From Alphaproteobacteria bacterium (lineage in GTDB: Bacteria; Pseudomonadota; Alphaproteobacteria; UBA828): a stretch of 64,000 nt of DNA. The notes below the pieces were generated by a model. The model ran no database searches. It saw only the letters and a program-made list of their open reading frames with translations, and had not been told where the DNA came from. The translations under genes were made by a program, and so were the position numbers. Of this stretch, positions 9,874 to 20,053 are shown one piece after another; the stretch's first letter is position 1; every line of letters starts with the position of its first letter. The stretch spans positions 2,304,001 through 2,368,000 of the forward strand of contig CBDEFM010000002.1 in the NCBI GenBank assembly GCA_965237415.1, written 5' to 3'.

Positions 9874-11223
9874 ATGAAAGGCGTGACCACTGGCGAGAGC
9901 CTACCAGGGTCAGAGAAGGTCCGGAAACTCCAGACCGTGTTACATGCGAAAGCCAAGGAAGAACCCGGCCGGCGTTTCCACGCACTGATCGACAAGGTGT
10001 GGCGCGAGGACTTTCTCGCGGAAGCCTGGAGGCGGGTCCGCCGCAACGGCGGCTCCGCCGGGGTGGACGGAGAGACCTTCGCGGACATCGAGTCATACGG
10101 CGTGGGGCGCTGGCTTGGGGAACTGGCGCGGGATCTGAAGGACGGGACCAACACACCGAAGCCGGTGCGGCAGGTTCTGATCCCGAAGAAGCAGCCCGGC
10201 AAGTTCCGGCCATTGGGCATTCCCTGCATACGGGACCGGGTGGCGCAGACATCGGCCTTGCTCGTGCTTGAGCCGATATTCGAAGCCGACCTGCAACCGG
10301 AGCAGTACGCCTACAGGCCGGAGCGGAGCGCCCATGACGCGGTAAGACGCGTTCACAGCCTCCTGAACAGGGGGCATAACGAGGTGGTCGATTGCGATCT
10401 GTCCAACTACTTCGGCGAGATTCCGCATGCTGAGCTCCTAAAGAGCCTCGCCCGGCGCATCAGCGACGGGCGGATGCTACGGCTCGTCAAGGCGTGGCTG
10501 GAAATGCCGGTGGAGGAGGACGACGGCAAGGGCGGCAAACGCCGCACGAACCGGGCGCGGAGGGAGCGGAAAGGGACCCCGCAGGGGTCGCCGATCTCGC
10601 CCCTGGCCAGCAACCTCTACATGCGGCGCTTCATACTGGGCTGGACGGCGCTGGGCCATGCCCGGCGCTTCCGTGCGGAGATCGTGAACTACGCCGATGA
10701 CTTCTGTGTGCTCGGCAAGGCCCCGGCGGCGGAGATGCTGACGGCGGTCGAGCGGCTCGTGGCGGGTCTGAAGCTGACGGTCAACGAACGGAAAACCCGA
10801 TGCCTGCGGTGCCCGGAGGAACCCCTGGAGTTCCTGGGCTACCGCATTGGACGCAACTACCGTCCTTACGGGAAAGGGGCCTACATCGGCACCCGCCCCG
10901 GCAAGGCAAGCGTCCAGAGCATCTGCCGCAGGATCAGCGACATGACGGCGCGAGGGTGGAGCTGGCAGTCGCCGGAGGCGATGGTGGAAAGCCTGAACCG
11001 GACTATGACCGGATGGGCGAACTACTTCAGCCTCGGGCAGGTCAGCCCGGCCTACAGCGCGGTCAACCGACACGCGGTCCGGCGGCTGCGCCGGTGGCTC
11101 TGCCTCAAGCACAAGGTGAGGACCGGGAAATACGTGCGCTTTCCGGACACGAGGCTACGCGATGACTACGGCCTCGCTCGCCTGTCGCCACGGGCCATGG
11201 GTCTTTCGAACGCGAAGGCATGA
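9874..11223 (+). CDS. ltrA: Group II intron reverse transcriptase/maturase (outer intron, no endonuclease domain); start probably 9874 or 9883 rather than 9682
   Basis: KLQ..LHAKAK, AGVDG, RPLGIP, GTPQGSPISP, NYADD, EFLGY. Confidence 0.93.
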   Translation: MKGVTTGESLPGSEKVRKLQTVLHAKAKEEPGRRFHALIDKVWREDFLAEAWRRVRRNGGSAGVDGETFADIESYGVGRWLGELARDLKDGTNTPKPVRQVLIPKKQPGKFRPLGIPCIRDRVAQTSALLVLEPIFEADLQPEQYAYRPERSAHDAVRRVHSLLNRGHNEVVDCDLSNYFGEIPHAELLKSLARRISDGRMLRLVKAWLEMPVEEDDGKGGKRRTNRARRERKGTPQGSPISPLASNLYMRRFILGWTALGHARRFRAEIVNYADDFCVLGKAPAAEMLTAVERLVAGLKLTVNERKTRCLRCPEEPLEFLGYRIGRNYRPYGKGAYIGTRPGKASVQSICRRISDMTARGWSWQSPEAMVESLNRTMTGWANYFSLGQVSPAYSAVNRHAVRRLRRWLCLKHKVRTGKYVRFPDTRLRDDYGLARLSPRAMGLSNAKA

Positions 11224-11231
11224 TCTCGTCC

Positions 11232-11268
<37 letters not shown>

Positions 11269-11480
11269 TGAGCGGGGACTGGAAACGCGGCCATGGGAGC
11301 CGGACTGAGGCCCGGAGCGAAAGCGACGGACAAGCCACCGGACCCTGACGCTGGCGCGCCAGTCCTCGACTCTACCGACACGCTGTAAAAGGGTTGGTGA
11401 GCATGGATTAACCTGTTGAGATTCCGTATGATTTTGGTGTTGAAACAAGATCACATGGCAACAGGAATTTCCAACTCACC

Positions 11481-12821
11481 ATGAACGAGACTATCGCCTA
11501 TCTGCCCGGTTTGTCACCGGTCGAGAATAAAGAACTGTGCGCTCGTTTCGATGGCGGCCGGTTGTCGTCCGACGGTGGTGTGCTGTTGCTGCGTGGGATC
11601 GAGAAACGGCTCGGTCTTGCGGCACGCCTTGGCAGTTGTCTGACCGACACGCGCGACCCGGCAAGCACGACCCACTCCTACGCGGACATGATCGGGGCGC
11701 GCCTGTTCGCCATCGCCTGCGGCTATGAGGATTGCGACGACCTCGATGTTCTGCGGTTCGATCCGGCGTTCAAGCTGGCCTGTGGGCGTCTGGCCGAGAC
11801 GGGTCGTGATCTGATGTCGCAGCCGACCTTGTCCAGGCTCGAGAACGCGCCGTCATGGCGGGCGTTGGCGCGCATGGGGCTGTCCATGATCGATCTGTTC
11901 GGCGAAAGCTTCGAACGTGTTCCCGACCGTATCGTCCTCGACATCGACGATACCGACGATGCCGTCCACGGCGGCCAGCAGCTGGCGTTGTTCAACGCCC
12001 ACTATGGCGAGTACTGCTTCCAGCCCATCCATATCTTCGAGGCGTCCACGGCCAAGCCGGTGCTGTCGCTGCTGCGCCCGGGTAAGCGGCCCTCTGGAGA
12101 AGAGGCGGCGCGGATCCTCAAGCATGTCATCCGCCGCATCCGGCGCCACTGGCCCAGGGTCGGGATCGTCGTGCGCGGCGATGGCCATTACGGCACGCCC
12201 GAGGTCATGGACCTGCTGGAAGACCTGGGCTGCGGCTACGTCTTCGGGCTTCCCGGCAACGCCCGGCTGACAAGGATCGGCCAGCCGTGGTGCGAGGACG
12301 TGGCGGTTCGCCGGGTGCGCTCACGCAAGCACCAAGTGCGCCGCTTCTTCCAGACCGGCTACCAGGCCGGAAGCTGGTCACGCGAGCGTACCGTCATCGC
12401 CCGCGTCGAGGTCACATCGAAAGGCTCCGACATACGCTTCATCGTCACGAACCTGCCCTGCCGGTCCAAGGTGCTCTATGAGAGGATCTATTGCGCCCGC
12501 GGCAGGATGGAAAACATGATCAAGGAGCACAAGCTCTACACCAAATCCGACCGTACGTCGTGCCACCGCTGGGAAGCCAACCAGTTCCGGCTCTTCCTGC
12601 ACAGCGGCGCCTATTGGCTGCTGCATCAGCTTCGCCAAGCCGCGCCCCGCCGCTCACCGTGGCGCAAGGCGACGTTCGAAACCATCCGCCGGGCGTTCCT
12701 CAAGATCGCCGTGCGCATCGAGGAGCTCAAGTCCCGCGTGCGCGTCGCCCTGCCGTCAGCCTATCCATATCGGCCAGCCCTCGTCTCGATGGCCGGCTGC
12801 ATCGCCGCTCAAGGCCCCTGA
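11481..12821 (+). CDS. IS1380-family transposase (intact, 446 aa)
   Basis: FDGGRLSSDGG, GYED.DD, SQPTLSRLEN, LDID.TDD, RGD.HY, YCARG.MEN.IKE, SDRTSCH. Confidence 0.95.
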   Translation: MNETIAYLPGLSPVENKELCARFDGGRLSSDGGVLLLRGIEKRLGLAARLGSCLTDTRDPASTTHSYADMIGARLFAIACGYEDCDDLDVLRFDPAFKLACGRLAETGRDLMSQPTLSRLENAPSWRALARMGLSMIDLFGESFERVPDRIVLDIDDTDDAVHGGQQLALFNAHYGEYCFQPIHIFEASTAKPVLSLLRPGKRPSGEEAARILKHVIRRIRRHWPRVGIVVRGDGHYGTPEVMDLLEDLGCGYVFGLPGNARLTRIGQPWCEDVAVRRVRSRKHQVRRFFQTGYQAGSWSRERTVIARVEVTSKGSDIRFIVTNLPCRSKVLYERIYCARGRMENMIKEHKLYTKSDRTSCHRWEANQFRLFLHSGAYWLLHQLRQAAPRRSPWRKATFETIRRAFLKIAVRIEELKSRVRVALPSAYPYRPALVSMAGCIAAQGP

Positions 12822-13055
12822 ATCGGGCGGCAAATGCCGCCGGATGGAACCCCGAACATCAACCCCCAACCGATCTCAAAATTCAACGCGAAAAACCGCC
12901 GTCAACCCGGATAACCCCGCTCGCCTCGGTCAAACCCGCCAATTGTCAGTAGAGTCGAGGACTGGCGCGCCAGCGTCAGGGTCCGGTGGCTTGTCCGTCG
13001 CTTTCGCTCCGGGCCTCAGTTCGGCTCCCATGGCCGCGTTTCCAGTCCCCGCTCA

Positions 13056-13092
<37 letters not shown>

Positions 13093-13100
13093 GGACGAGA

Positions 13101-14450
13101 TCATGCCTTCGCGTTCGAAAGGCCCATGGTCCGTGGCGACAGGCGAGCGAGGCCGTAGTCATCGCGTAGCCTCGTGTCCGGAAAGCGCACGTATTTCCCG
13201 GTCCTCACCTTGTGCTTGAGGCAGAGCCACCGGCGCAGCCGCCGGACCGCGTGTCGGTTGACCGCGCTGTAGGCCGGGCTGACCTGCCCGAGGCTGAAGT
13301 AGTTCGCCCATCCGGTCATAGTCCGGTTCAGGCTTTCCACCATCGCCTCCGGCGACTGCCAGCTCCACCCTCGCGCCGTCATGTCGCTGATCCTGCGGCA
13401 GATGCTCTGGACGCTTGCCTTGCCGGGGCGGGTGCCGATGTAGGCCCCTTTCCCGTAAGGACGGTAGTTGCGTCCAATGCGGTAGCCCAGGAACTCCAGG
13501 GGTTCCTCCGGGCACCGCAGGCATCGGGTTTTCCGTTCGTTGACCGTCAGCTTCAGACCCGCCACGAGCCGCTCGACCGCCGTCAGCATCTCCGCCGCCG
13601 GGGCCTTGCCGAGCACACAGAAGTCATCGACGTAGTTCACGATCTCCGCACGGAAGCGCCGGGCATGGCCCAGCGCCGTCCAGCCCAGTATGAAGCGCCG
13701 CATGTAGAGGTTGCTGGCCAGGGGCGAGATCGGCGACCCCTGAGGGGTCCCTTTCCGCTCCCTCCGCGCCCGGTTCGTGCGGCGCTTGCCGCCCTTGCCG
13801 TCGTCCTCCTCCACCGGCATTTCCAGCCACGCCTTGATGAGCCGTAGCATCCGCCCGTCGCTGATGCGCCGGGCGAGGCTCTTGAGTAGTTGGGCGTGCG
13901 GGATTTCGCCGAAGTAGTTGGACAGATCGCAATCGACCACCTCGTTATGCCCCCTGTTCAGGAGGCTGTGAACGCGTCTTACCGCGTCATGGGCGCTCCG
14001 CTCCGGCCTGTAGGCGTACTGCTCCGGTTGCAGGTCGGCTTCGAATATCGGCTCAAGCACGAGCAAGGCCGATGTCTGTGCCACCCGGTCCCGTATGCAG
14101 GGAATGCCCAATGGCCGGAACTTGCCGGGCTGCTTCTTCGGGATCAGAACCTGCCGCACCGGCTTCGGTGTGTTGGTCCCGTCCTTCAGATCCCGCACCA
14201 GTTCCCCAAGCCAGCGCCCCACGCCGTATGACTCGATGTCCGCGAAGGTCTCTCCGTCCACCCCGGCGGAGCCGCCGTTGCGGCGGACCCGCCTCCAGGC
14301 TTCCGCGAGAAAGTCCTCGCGCCACACCTTGTCGATCAGTGCGTGGAAACGCCGGCCGGGTTCTTCCTTGGCTTTCGCATGTAACACGGTCTGGAGTTTC
14401 CGGACCTTCTCTGACCCTGGTAGGCTCTCGCCAGTGGTCACGCCTTTCAT
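13101..14450 (-). CDS. ltrA: Group II intron RT/maturase (outer intron copy 2; YVDD variant)
   Basis: Near-identical to 9874-11223 with 5 aa changes, including YADD>YVDD. Confidence 0.93.
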   Translation of the reverse strand: MKGVTTGESLPGSEKVRKLQTVLHAKAKEEPGRRFHALIDKVWREDFLAEAWRRVRRNGGSAGVDGETFADIESYGVGRWLGELVRDLKDGTNTPKPVRQVLIPKKQPGKFRPLGIPCIRDRVAQTSALLVLEPIFEADLQPEQYAYRPERSAHDAVRRVHSLLNRGHNEVVDCDLSNYFGEIPHAQLLKSLARRISDGRMLRLIKAWLEMPVEEDDGKGGKRRTNRARRERKGTPQGSPISPLASNLYMRRFILGWTALGHARRFRAEIVNYVDDFCVLGKAPAAEMLTAVERLVAGLKLTVNERKTRCLRCPEEPLEFLGYRIGRNYRPYGKGAYIGTRPGKASVQSICRRISDMTARGWSWQSPEAMVESLNRTMTGWANYFSLGQVSPAYSAVNRHAVRRLRRWLCLKHKVRTGKYVRFPDTRLRDDYGLARLSPRTMGLSNAKA

Positions 14451-14771
14451 CCTTCCCGTATCGCTCTCGAACCAGGGCTCCTTCCCTCCGCCGGCGTTAC
14501 CCGGCATCCGCGGTAATACAAGCCCCTCCGCCACCCTGCCGGCCCGGCCTGCCCCTCGCGGGGTTCCGGTTGGTGCGTACACACCACCGACAGGGCTTCC
14601 CGTGTTGCCACCGTCCCCCTCTTCCATGCGTGCCGCCGCCACTACCCCGGCGGAGCCGGTCGGTGCGCGCGTCGCCCTCTTCCCGACCGATGGCAGCCTT
14701 CCCCGTTATTCAGGCGGGTCGGCCTCCGCGTTGCCCGTTTCGAGGCCTGCTCGGCGTTCACTCGCGTTGCG

Positions 14772-16684
14772 GTCGCGGTAGGGAAGCGGGTTACCCCGCT
14801 CCCCCCGCTCAGATCCCCGCATGCCCGGTGGGGCACGGGGCTCCTACCTCGGGTGTTTGACGGCAAAACGCACCGTCGGCCAAGGGTGCCGAACCTGGAC
14901 GGGTGGCCAATGCAATGCGGCAATGCGCACGACATCGGCGATCGTGGTCCGGTCCTTCTGTGACCGTCTTCGCAGGACATTCACCCAGATCCATGAGAGC
15001 CGCCGCACAAACCCCCTTGCGGCCGAGCTGCTGGTCGGGACGGCGAAATAGTTCAGCCATCCATTGACCACCTGACCCAGCCAGCGCGCGGTTTCGTGGA
15101 CATCTTCGTGCATCCGCTTACGGAGCTCCCCTTTGATCCGATTCAGGGTCCGCGTGACCCGCTTCGCTATCGGCTTGCGCCCCAGTCCGAATTTCCCGTT
15201 CCTCTTCTTCCTGCAATAGTGCGTGAATCCAAGGAAATCGAAGGTCTCCGGTCGCCGTTCCCCTCGTGCCCGGCGGTCCGCCATCGCGAACCTGCCAAAC
15301 TCGATGAGTCGGGTCTTGTCTGGATGCAACTCAAGCTCAAACTGGCCCAGCCTTTCCTTGAGATCGTGGAGAAACCGCTCCGCGTCCTGTTTGCGCTGGA
15401 ACCCGACCACGAAGTCATCAGCATACCGCACGATGATTGTTTCCCCCGTGGCCACACGGGTGCGCCATTCCCTCTGGAACCAGAGGTCGAGTACGTAGTG
15501 CAGGTAGATGTTCGCGAGAATCGGTGAAGCCACCGCGCCCTGAGGCGTTCCTCGCAAGTTATCCCGCCACTCGCCATCTTCCATGACGCCGGCATTCAGC
15601 CATTTGGCGAACAGCCTGATGACCCGCTTGTCTCCGATGCGATCCTCAAGGAACCGGACCAGCCAGTCCCGAGAGACATTGTCGAAAAATCCGCGGATGT
15701 CACAGTCCACTATCCAGTTGACCTTGCGCCGTTCTATCCCGAAGGCCAGAGCATCAAGCGCGTCGTGCGCCCCACGCCCCGGTCGGAACCCATAGCTGAA
15801 CCCGAGAAAATCCGGCTCGTAAATTGGCGTCAGGATAACTTCCACCACCGCTTTCTGGACAATCTTGTCTTCCAGTGCGGCAATGCCGAGCGGTCGTGTC
15901 CCGCCATCCGGTTTGGGTATTTCGACCCGCCGGGATGGCCGCGCCCGATACGCTCCCGAGTGCACGCGTCCGTGAAGGTCGAGCAGCCGCTCTTCCAGCC
16001 CGTCCTCGTACTCTCCCCACGTCATCCCATCCACCCCCGCCGAGGCGTCCTTCTTCAACTCGAAGAACGCCCACGTCAGGGCATCTATCGTGACATGGTG
16101 TAGCAGCGCAGTGAGTTTCTCCTGCGGTTTCCTCGTTACAGCCTGCCGTATCCACGCGACCGCCTGTGACACGCTTTCCCGACACTGCGTCCGGCACGTG
16201 CTTTGATCTCGCAGATTCCCCTTGGTTGAGGCACTTCCCTCCGGCGACTCCGCAGGCGCTTGCGCGCCCTTGTTCGTCGCTTTCATCGGTACTATTCCCT
16301 CATCCGACTTCTCCATTCCGTACGTCATCGGTTACGGATACATCCTTTCCTTTGCGGCCCCGTTACGACTTCGGGGCAAAATGGAGACCTCCCAGGTCCC
16401 GGCAATGAGGACGTACGAACGTGCATGGGTTCTTCGACACCGTGGAGCCCAACATCCCCTCACCATATCGGCGATGTCGGTGTTGCCTTCGACCGCAGGC
16501 ACAGTCTCGGCTCTCCAGACAAGCAACCTTTCGATGCTCCGTTGCCCTGCCCATCCGCACCCCTGTCAACGCTTCACCTGCCGCCTCGCGACGACCGGCG
16601 CATGACTCGGGGCGAGAGTGGTGGTTAACCTCTACTCCCTACCGGACTCTCACCGGCTATCCTCTGCCAGTTAGCCTGGCACAC
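14772..16684 (-). ncRNA. Group II intron, inner, copy 2
   Basis: Reverse complement of 7640-9552, at the same insertion site in the outer intron. Confidence 0.88.
14844..16328 (-). CDS. ltrA: Group II intron RT/maturase (inner intron copy 2)
   Basis: Protein identical to 7996-9480. Confidence 0.95.
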   Translation of the reverse strand: MTYGMEKSDEGIVPMKATNKGAQAPAESPEGSASTKGNLRDQSTCRTQCRESVSQAVAWIRQAVTRKPQEKLTALLHHVTIDALTWAFFELKKDASAGVDGMTWGEYEDGLEERLLDLHGRVHSGAYRARPSRRVEIPKPDGGTRPLGIAALEDKIVQKAVVEVILTPIYEPDFLGFSYGFRPGRGAHDALDALAFGIERRKVNWIVDCDIRGFFDNVSRDWLVRFLEDRIGDKRVIRLFAKWLNAGVMEDGEWRDNLRGTPQGAVASPILANIYLHYVLDLWFQREWRTRVATGETIIVRYADDFVVGFQRKQDAERFLHDLKERLGQFELELHPDKTRLIEFGRFAMADRRARGERRPETFDFLGFTHYCRKKRNGKFGLGRKPIAKRVTRTLNRIKGELRKRMHEDVHETARWLGQVVNGWLNYFAVPTSSSAARGFVRRLSWIWVNVLRRRSQKDRTTIADVVRIAALHWPPVQVRHPWPTVRFAVKHPR

Positions 16685-16875
16685 GCCCGCATGGTCGCTG
16701 AGCCGCCCAGGGCGGCCCGTTACACCGAAGTGCTTCAGTCGAAGTCGTTGCCTCCTTCAACCGCTCCGATTGCTACCGGCTGGAGCGACTGTTGCCGGGC
16801 GGGGCCCTCTCTGCCAACGTCAGTGAGACACCGATACCCCGAGGAATTACTGTAGGGCGGTGGAGGTGAGAACCG

Positions 16876-17364
16876 ATGAATTCAGAAAGAGAGTCGATGA
16901 CCAGTATGGAGACGGACGCTCCGGCCCTGGGGGGTGAGGAGCGTAGCGACGAGGCCCCCAGGGCCGGAGCGAGCGGCGCGAAGCCGCCGTCGGACCCGGA
17001 GGTCGTGGCCAAGCCGAAGCGGCGCACGTTCACCGCGCAGTATCGAGTACGGATCCTCGAGGAGGCGGAGAGCTGCACGCAGCCCGGCGAGGTGGGCCGG
17101 CTGCTTCGCCGCGAGGGGCTGTACAGCTCCCATCTGACGGATTGGCGCAGGGCGCGGCGTCAGGGTTCGCTTCGGGGCCTGACCCCGAGCAAGCGCGGTC
17201 GGAAGCCCGCCGAGCGCAACCCCCTCAGCGCGAAGGTGCACGAGCTAGAGGCGAAAGTGGCTCGGCTGGAGAAGGAGCTGCACACCGCCCATACGATCCT
17301 GGACGTCCAGGGAAAAGTTGCCGGGCTGCTGGGATTCAGCCTCGAACACGGGAAGGACTGCTGA
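16876..17364 (+). CDS. IS3-family transposase OrfA (HTH)
   Basis: KRRTFTAQYRVRIL, LLRREGLYSSHLTDWRR, followed by a coiled coil. Confidence 0.85.
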   Translation: MNSERESMTSMETDAPALGGEERSDEAPRAGASGAKPPSDPEVVAKPKRRTFTAQYRVRILEEAESCTQPGEVGRLLRREGLYSSHLTDWRRARRQGSLRGLTPSKRGRKPAERNPLSAKVHELEAKVARLEKELHTAHTILDVQGKVAGLLGFSLEHGKDC

Positions 17365-17690
17365 TGGCCGTCCAGCCGCTCGCATCGCAGGTCGGCGTGA
17401 CGCCGGCGTGCCGGGCGCTGGGGGTGCCGCGGGCTACCTTCTACCGTCGCCGGAGGCCCGCTCCCGGGTGCAAAATCTGACCGCATTTGACCGCGATTCC
17501 GATTTTATTTGACCGAAGTTCTGGCGACATTTGACCGCGATTCCGGCGGCACTTGACCGTCGGAGGCCGGGTCTGAGGCCCGTCCCGATCGCCCTCCGGG
17601 CGCCATCGACATCCATGTTTTCAGGCGCGCCGATCCTCTCCCGGCTCAGCCTCATCGATCCACTGATCGACTCGAGGAGGCAGGGCCCCA

Positions 17691-19286
17691 ATGAAGAGGA
17701 TCGACACCATGAGCATCCGGGACATCCTTCGGCACCATCACGACCTGGGCTTGCCCCGGGCGGAGATTGCGGTGGCCGTGAGCGTGAGCGCGGGGACGGT
17801 ATCGAACGTTCTGGAGCGCGCGCAGGCGGCGGGTCTGTCATGGCCGTTGCCGTCCGATCTCGACGATGACGGGCTGCGCGCGCGTCTGTATCCGCCGGCG
17901 GCGCGAGAGAGCGGGTATGCGCAGCCGGACTGGGACGCTGTGCTCCGTGAGCTTGGAGCCAAGCGGAAGCGGCGCCGGGTGCGCGCGACGCGCCGCACGC
18001 TTTGGGAGGAGTACCGCGACGAGGCCGTGGCCCAGGGCGGCAAGGCGTACAGCTACAGCCAGTATTGCGCGCGCCTGAAGGCGCACCAGGGCAGCTGCGG
18101 CAGCTCGGCGCAGATGCACTTCGACTACGAGCCCGGGCTGTACGGGATGGCGGACTTCTCCGGCAAGACGCTGGCCCTTCGCACCGGGCGCGGCGAGACC
18201 GACGTGGAGATCTTCGTCGCCGTGCTCGCACATTCGAACCTGATCTACGCGGAGGCAACGCCCGACCAGACGGTGCGCCACTGGACGATGGCGCACCGGC
18301 GCGCGCTCGAGTACTTCGGCGGCACCCCCCGCCGGTGGATCATCGACAACCTCAAGTCGGGGGTGGACGATCCCGACCGCGACGATATCCGGCTCAATCC
18401 GAGCTTCCGGGAGTTCGCGCAGCACTACGAGATCGCGGTGCTGCCTGCGCGCAAGGGGCGGGCCACCGACAAGGGGCTGGTAGAGGCGAGCGTCAAGGCC
18501 GTGCAGACGCGCATCCTGCTGGCGCTGCGCCACCAGACCTTCTTCTCCCTCGACACCATGAACGCCGCCATCCGCCGCGAGCTCGACCGCCTCAACGACA
18601 CCCCCATGGCCAAGTGTGGCGAGAGCCGCCGTGCGCTCTTCGAGGCGAACGAGCGGGCCGCCCTGGCCGCGCTGCCGGCTCACGCCTGGGAGTGGGGAGG
18701 GTGGGTCGAGCGCAAGGTCGGGCCGAACTGTCACGTTCGCTTCGACAAGAATCACTACTCCGCGCCGGTGCGCTACATCGGCCGCCAGGTCGACGTCCGC
18801 GTCGGCGAACGCATGGTCGAAGTCTTCCTCGAACGCGGCGGCGAGCGCATCGCCGTCCACCGCCGCAAGAGCGGGCGCAACCAGTACGCCACCACCCCCG
18901 ACCACATGCCCGAGCACCACCGGGCGGTCTGTGATATCCGCCGCCCCGATTACGGCGACATCCTGCTCGACCAGGCGCGCCGCATCGGAGCCAATGCCCT
19001 GGCCTGGGCCGAGCGATGCTACGCCTCGCGCGACTTCCCGGAACAGGCCTTCGCCACCGTGCAGGGCATGATCCGCCTCGCTGACGATCATGGTGGCGAT
19101 CGCCTCGACGTGCTCTGCGCCGAGGCCCTCGACCTCAACCGCCTCGCCTCGGGCTTCCTCAGGGAGCGGATCAAGAACGGCGGTGAGCCCGGTCGGCCGC
19201 GCCCCGAGCCCGACGAGACCATCCCCAGCCACGGCAACATCCGCGGTGGCGACTACTACGGCAACAATGACGGAGAATCACCATGA
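17691..19286 (+). CDS. istA: IS21 transposase
   Basis: YSYSQYC, DFSG, IDNLKSGV, DKGLVE, YSAP motifs. Confidence 0.92.
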   Translation: MKRIDTMSIRDILRHHHDLGLPRAEIAVAVSVSAGTVSNVLERAQAAGLSWPLPSDLDDDGLRARLYPPAARESGYAQPDWDAVLRELGAKRKRRRVRATRRTLWEEYRDEAVAQGGKAYSYSQYCARLKAHQGSCGSSAQMHFDYEPGLYGMADFSGKTLALRTGRGETDVEIFVAVLAHSNLIYAEATPDQTVRHWTMAHRRALEYFGGTPRRWIIDNLKSGVDDPDRDDIRLNPSFREFAQHYEIAVLPARKGRATDKGLVEASVKAVQTRILLALRHQTFFSLDTMNAAIRRELDRLNDTPMAKCGESRRALFEANERAALAALPAHAWEWGGWVERKVGPNCHVRFDKNHYSAPVRYIGRQVDVRVGERMVEVFLERGGERIAVHRRKSGRNQYATTPDHMPEHHRAVCDIRRPDYGDILLDQARRIGANALAWAERCYASRDFPEQAFATVQGMIRLADDHGGDRLDVLCAEALDLNRLASGFLRERIKNGGEPGRPRPEPDETIPSHGNIRGGDYYGNNDGESP

Positions 19287-20053
19287 CCCTGCGACAACCC
19301 AATATCGATCGCCTGCTGCAGCTCGGCCTCAGCGGCATGGCCGAGGCGCTGGAGGAGCAGCACGACATCGCCGACGTCGACCAGCTCGGCTTCGACGACC
19401 GCCTCGCCATGATGATCGAGCGCGAAGCCGAGCACCGCGATCACAAGAGCTATCTCGGCCATCTGCGCCAGGCCCAGTTGCGCGTCCGCGCCGACGTCCA
19501 GGACGTCGACTGCCGCGCAGGGCGTGGCATCGCCCGGACCACGCTCACCCAGCTCGCGGCCGGCGACTGGATCCGCCAGGGCCACAATCTGATCCTGGGT
19601 GGGCCAACCGGGTCGGGAAAGACATTCGTCGCTTGTGCGCTCGCCCACCAGGCCTGCCGCCAGCACCAGTCCGTCCTCTACCGCCGCGTGCCCGAGCTGG
19701 TGGCGGCGCTCACCCGCGCCCGCGACAAAGGCACGCTCGAGCGCCTGATGGGCCGCCTGGGCAGGGTCTCCCTGCTGGTCCTCGACGACTGGGGCCTCCA
19801 CGGCTTCTCCACCGAGGGCCGGCGCGACCTGCTGGAGATCGTCGAGCAGCGCCACGGACGCAAGTCCATACTCATCGCCAGCCAGATCCCCGTGGAGGGC
19901 TGGCCGAAGGTGATCGGAGAGCCAACGATCGCGGACGCGGTCCTCGACCGCATCGTACACAACGCCTATCGCATTGAGCTCAAGGGAGAGTCCCAGCGCA
20001 AGCGCAACAAGCCCCCGCCACTCGACGGCGGCGGCAACAGAGCCCCGGCCTGA
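19283..20053 (+). CDS. istB: IS21 ATPase helper
   Basis: Walker A GPTGSGKT, LLVLDDWG, ADAVLDRIVHNA. Confidence 0.93.
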   Translation: MTLRQPNIDRLLQLGLSGMAEALEEQHDIADVDQLGFDDRLAMMIEREAEHRDHKSYLGHLRQAQLRVRADVQDVDCRAGRGIARTTLTQLAAGDWIRQGHNLILGGPTGSGKTFVACALAHQACRQHQSVLYRRVPELVAALTRARDKGTLERLMGRLGRVSLLVLDDWGLHGFSTEGRRDLLEIVEQRHGRKSILIASQIPVEGWPKVIGEPTIADAVLDRIVHNAYRIELKGESQRKRNKPPPLDGGGNRAPA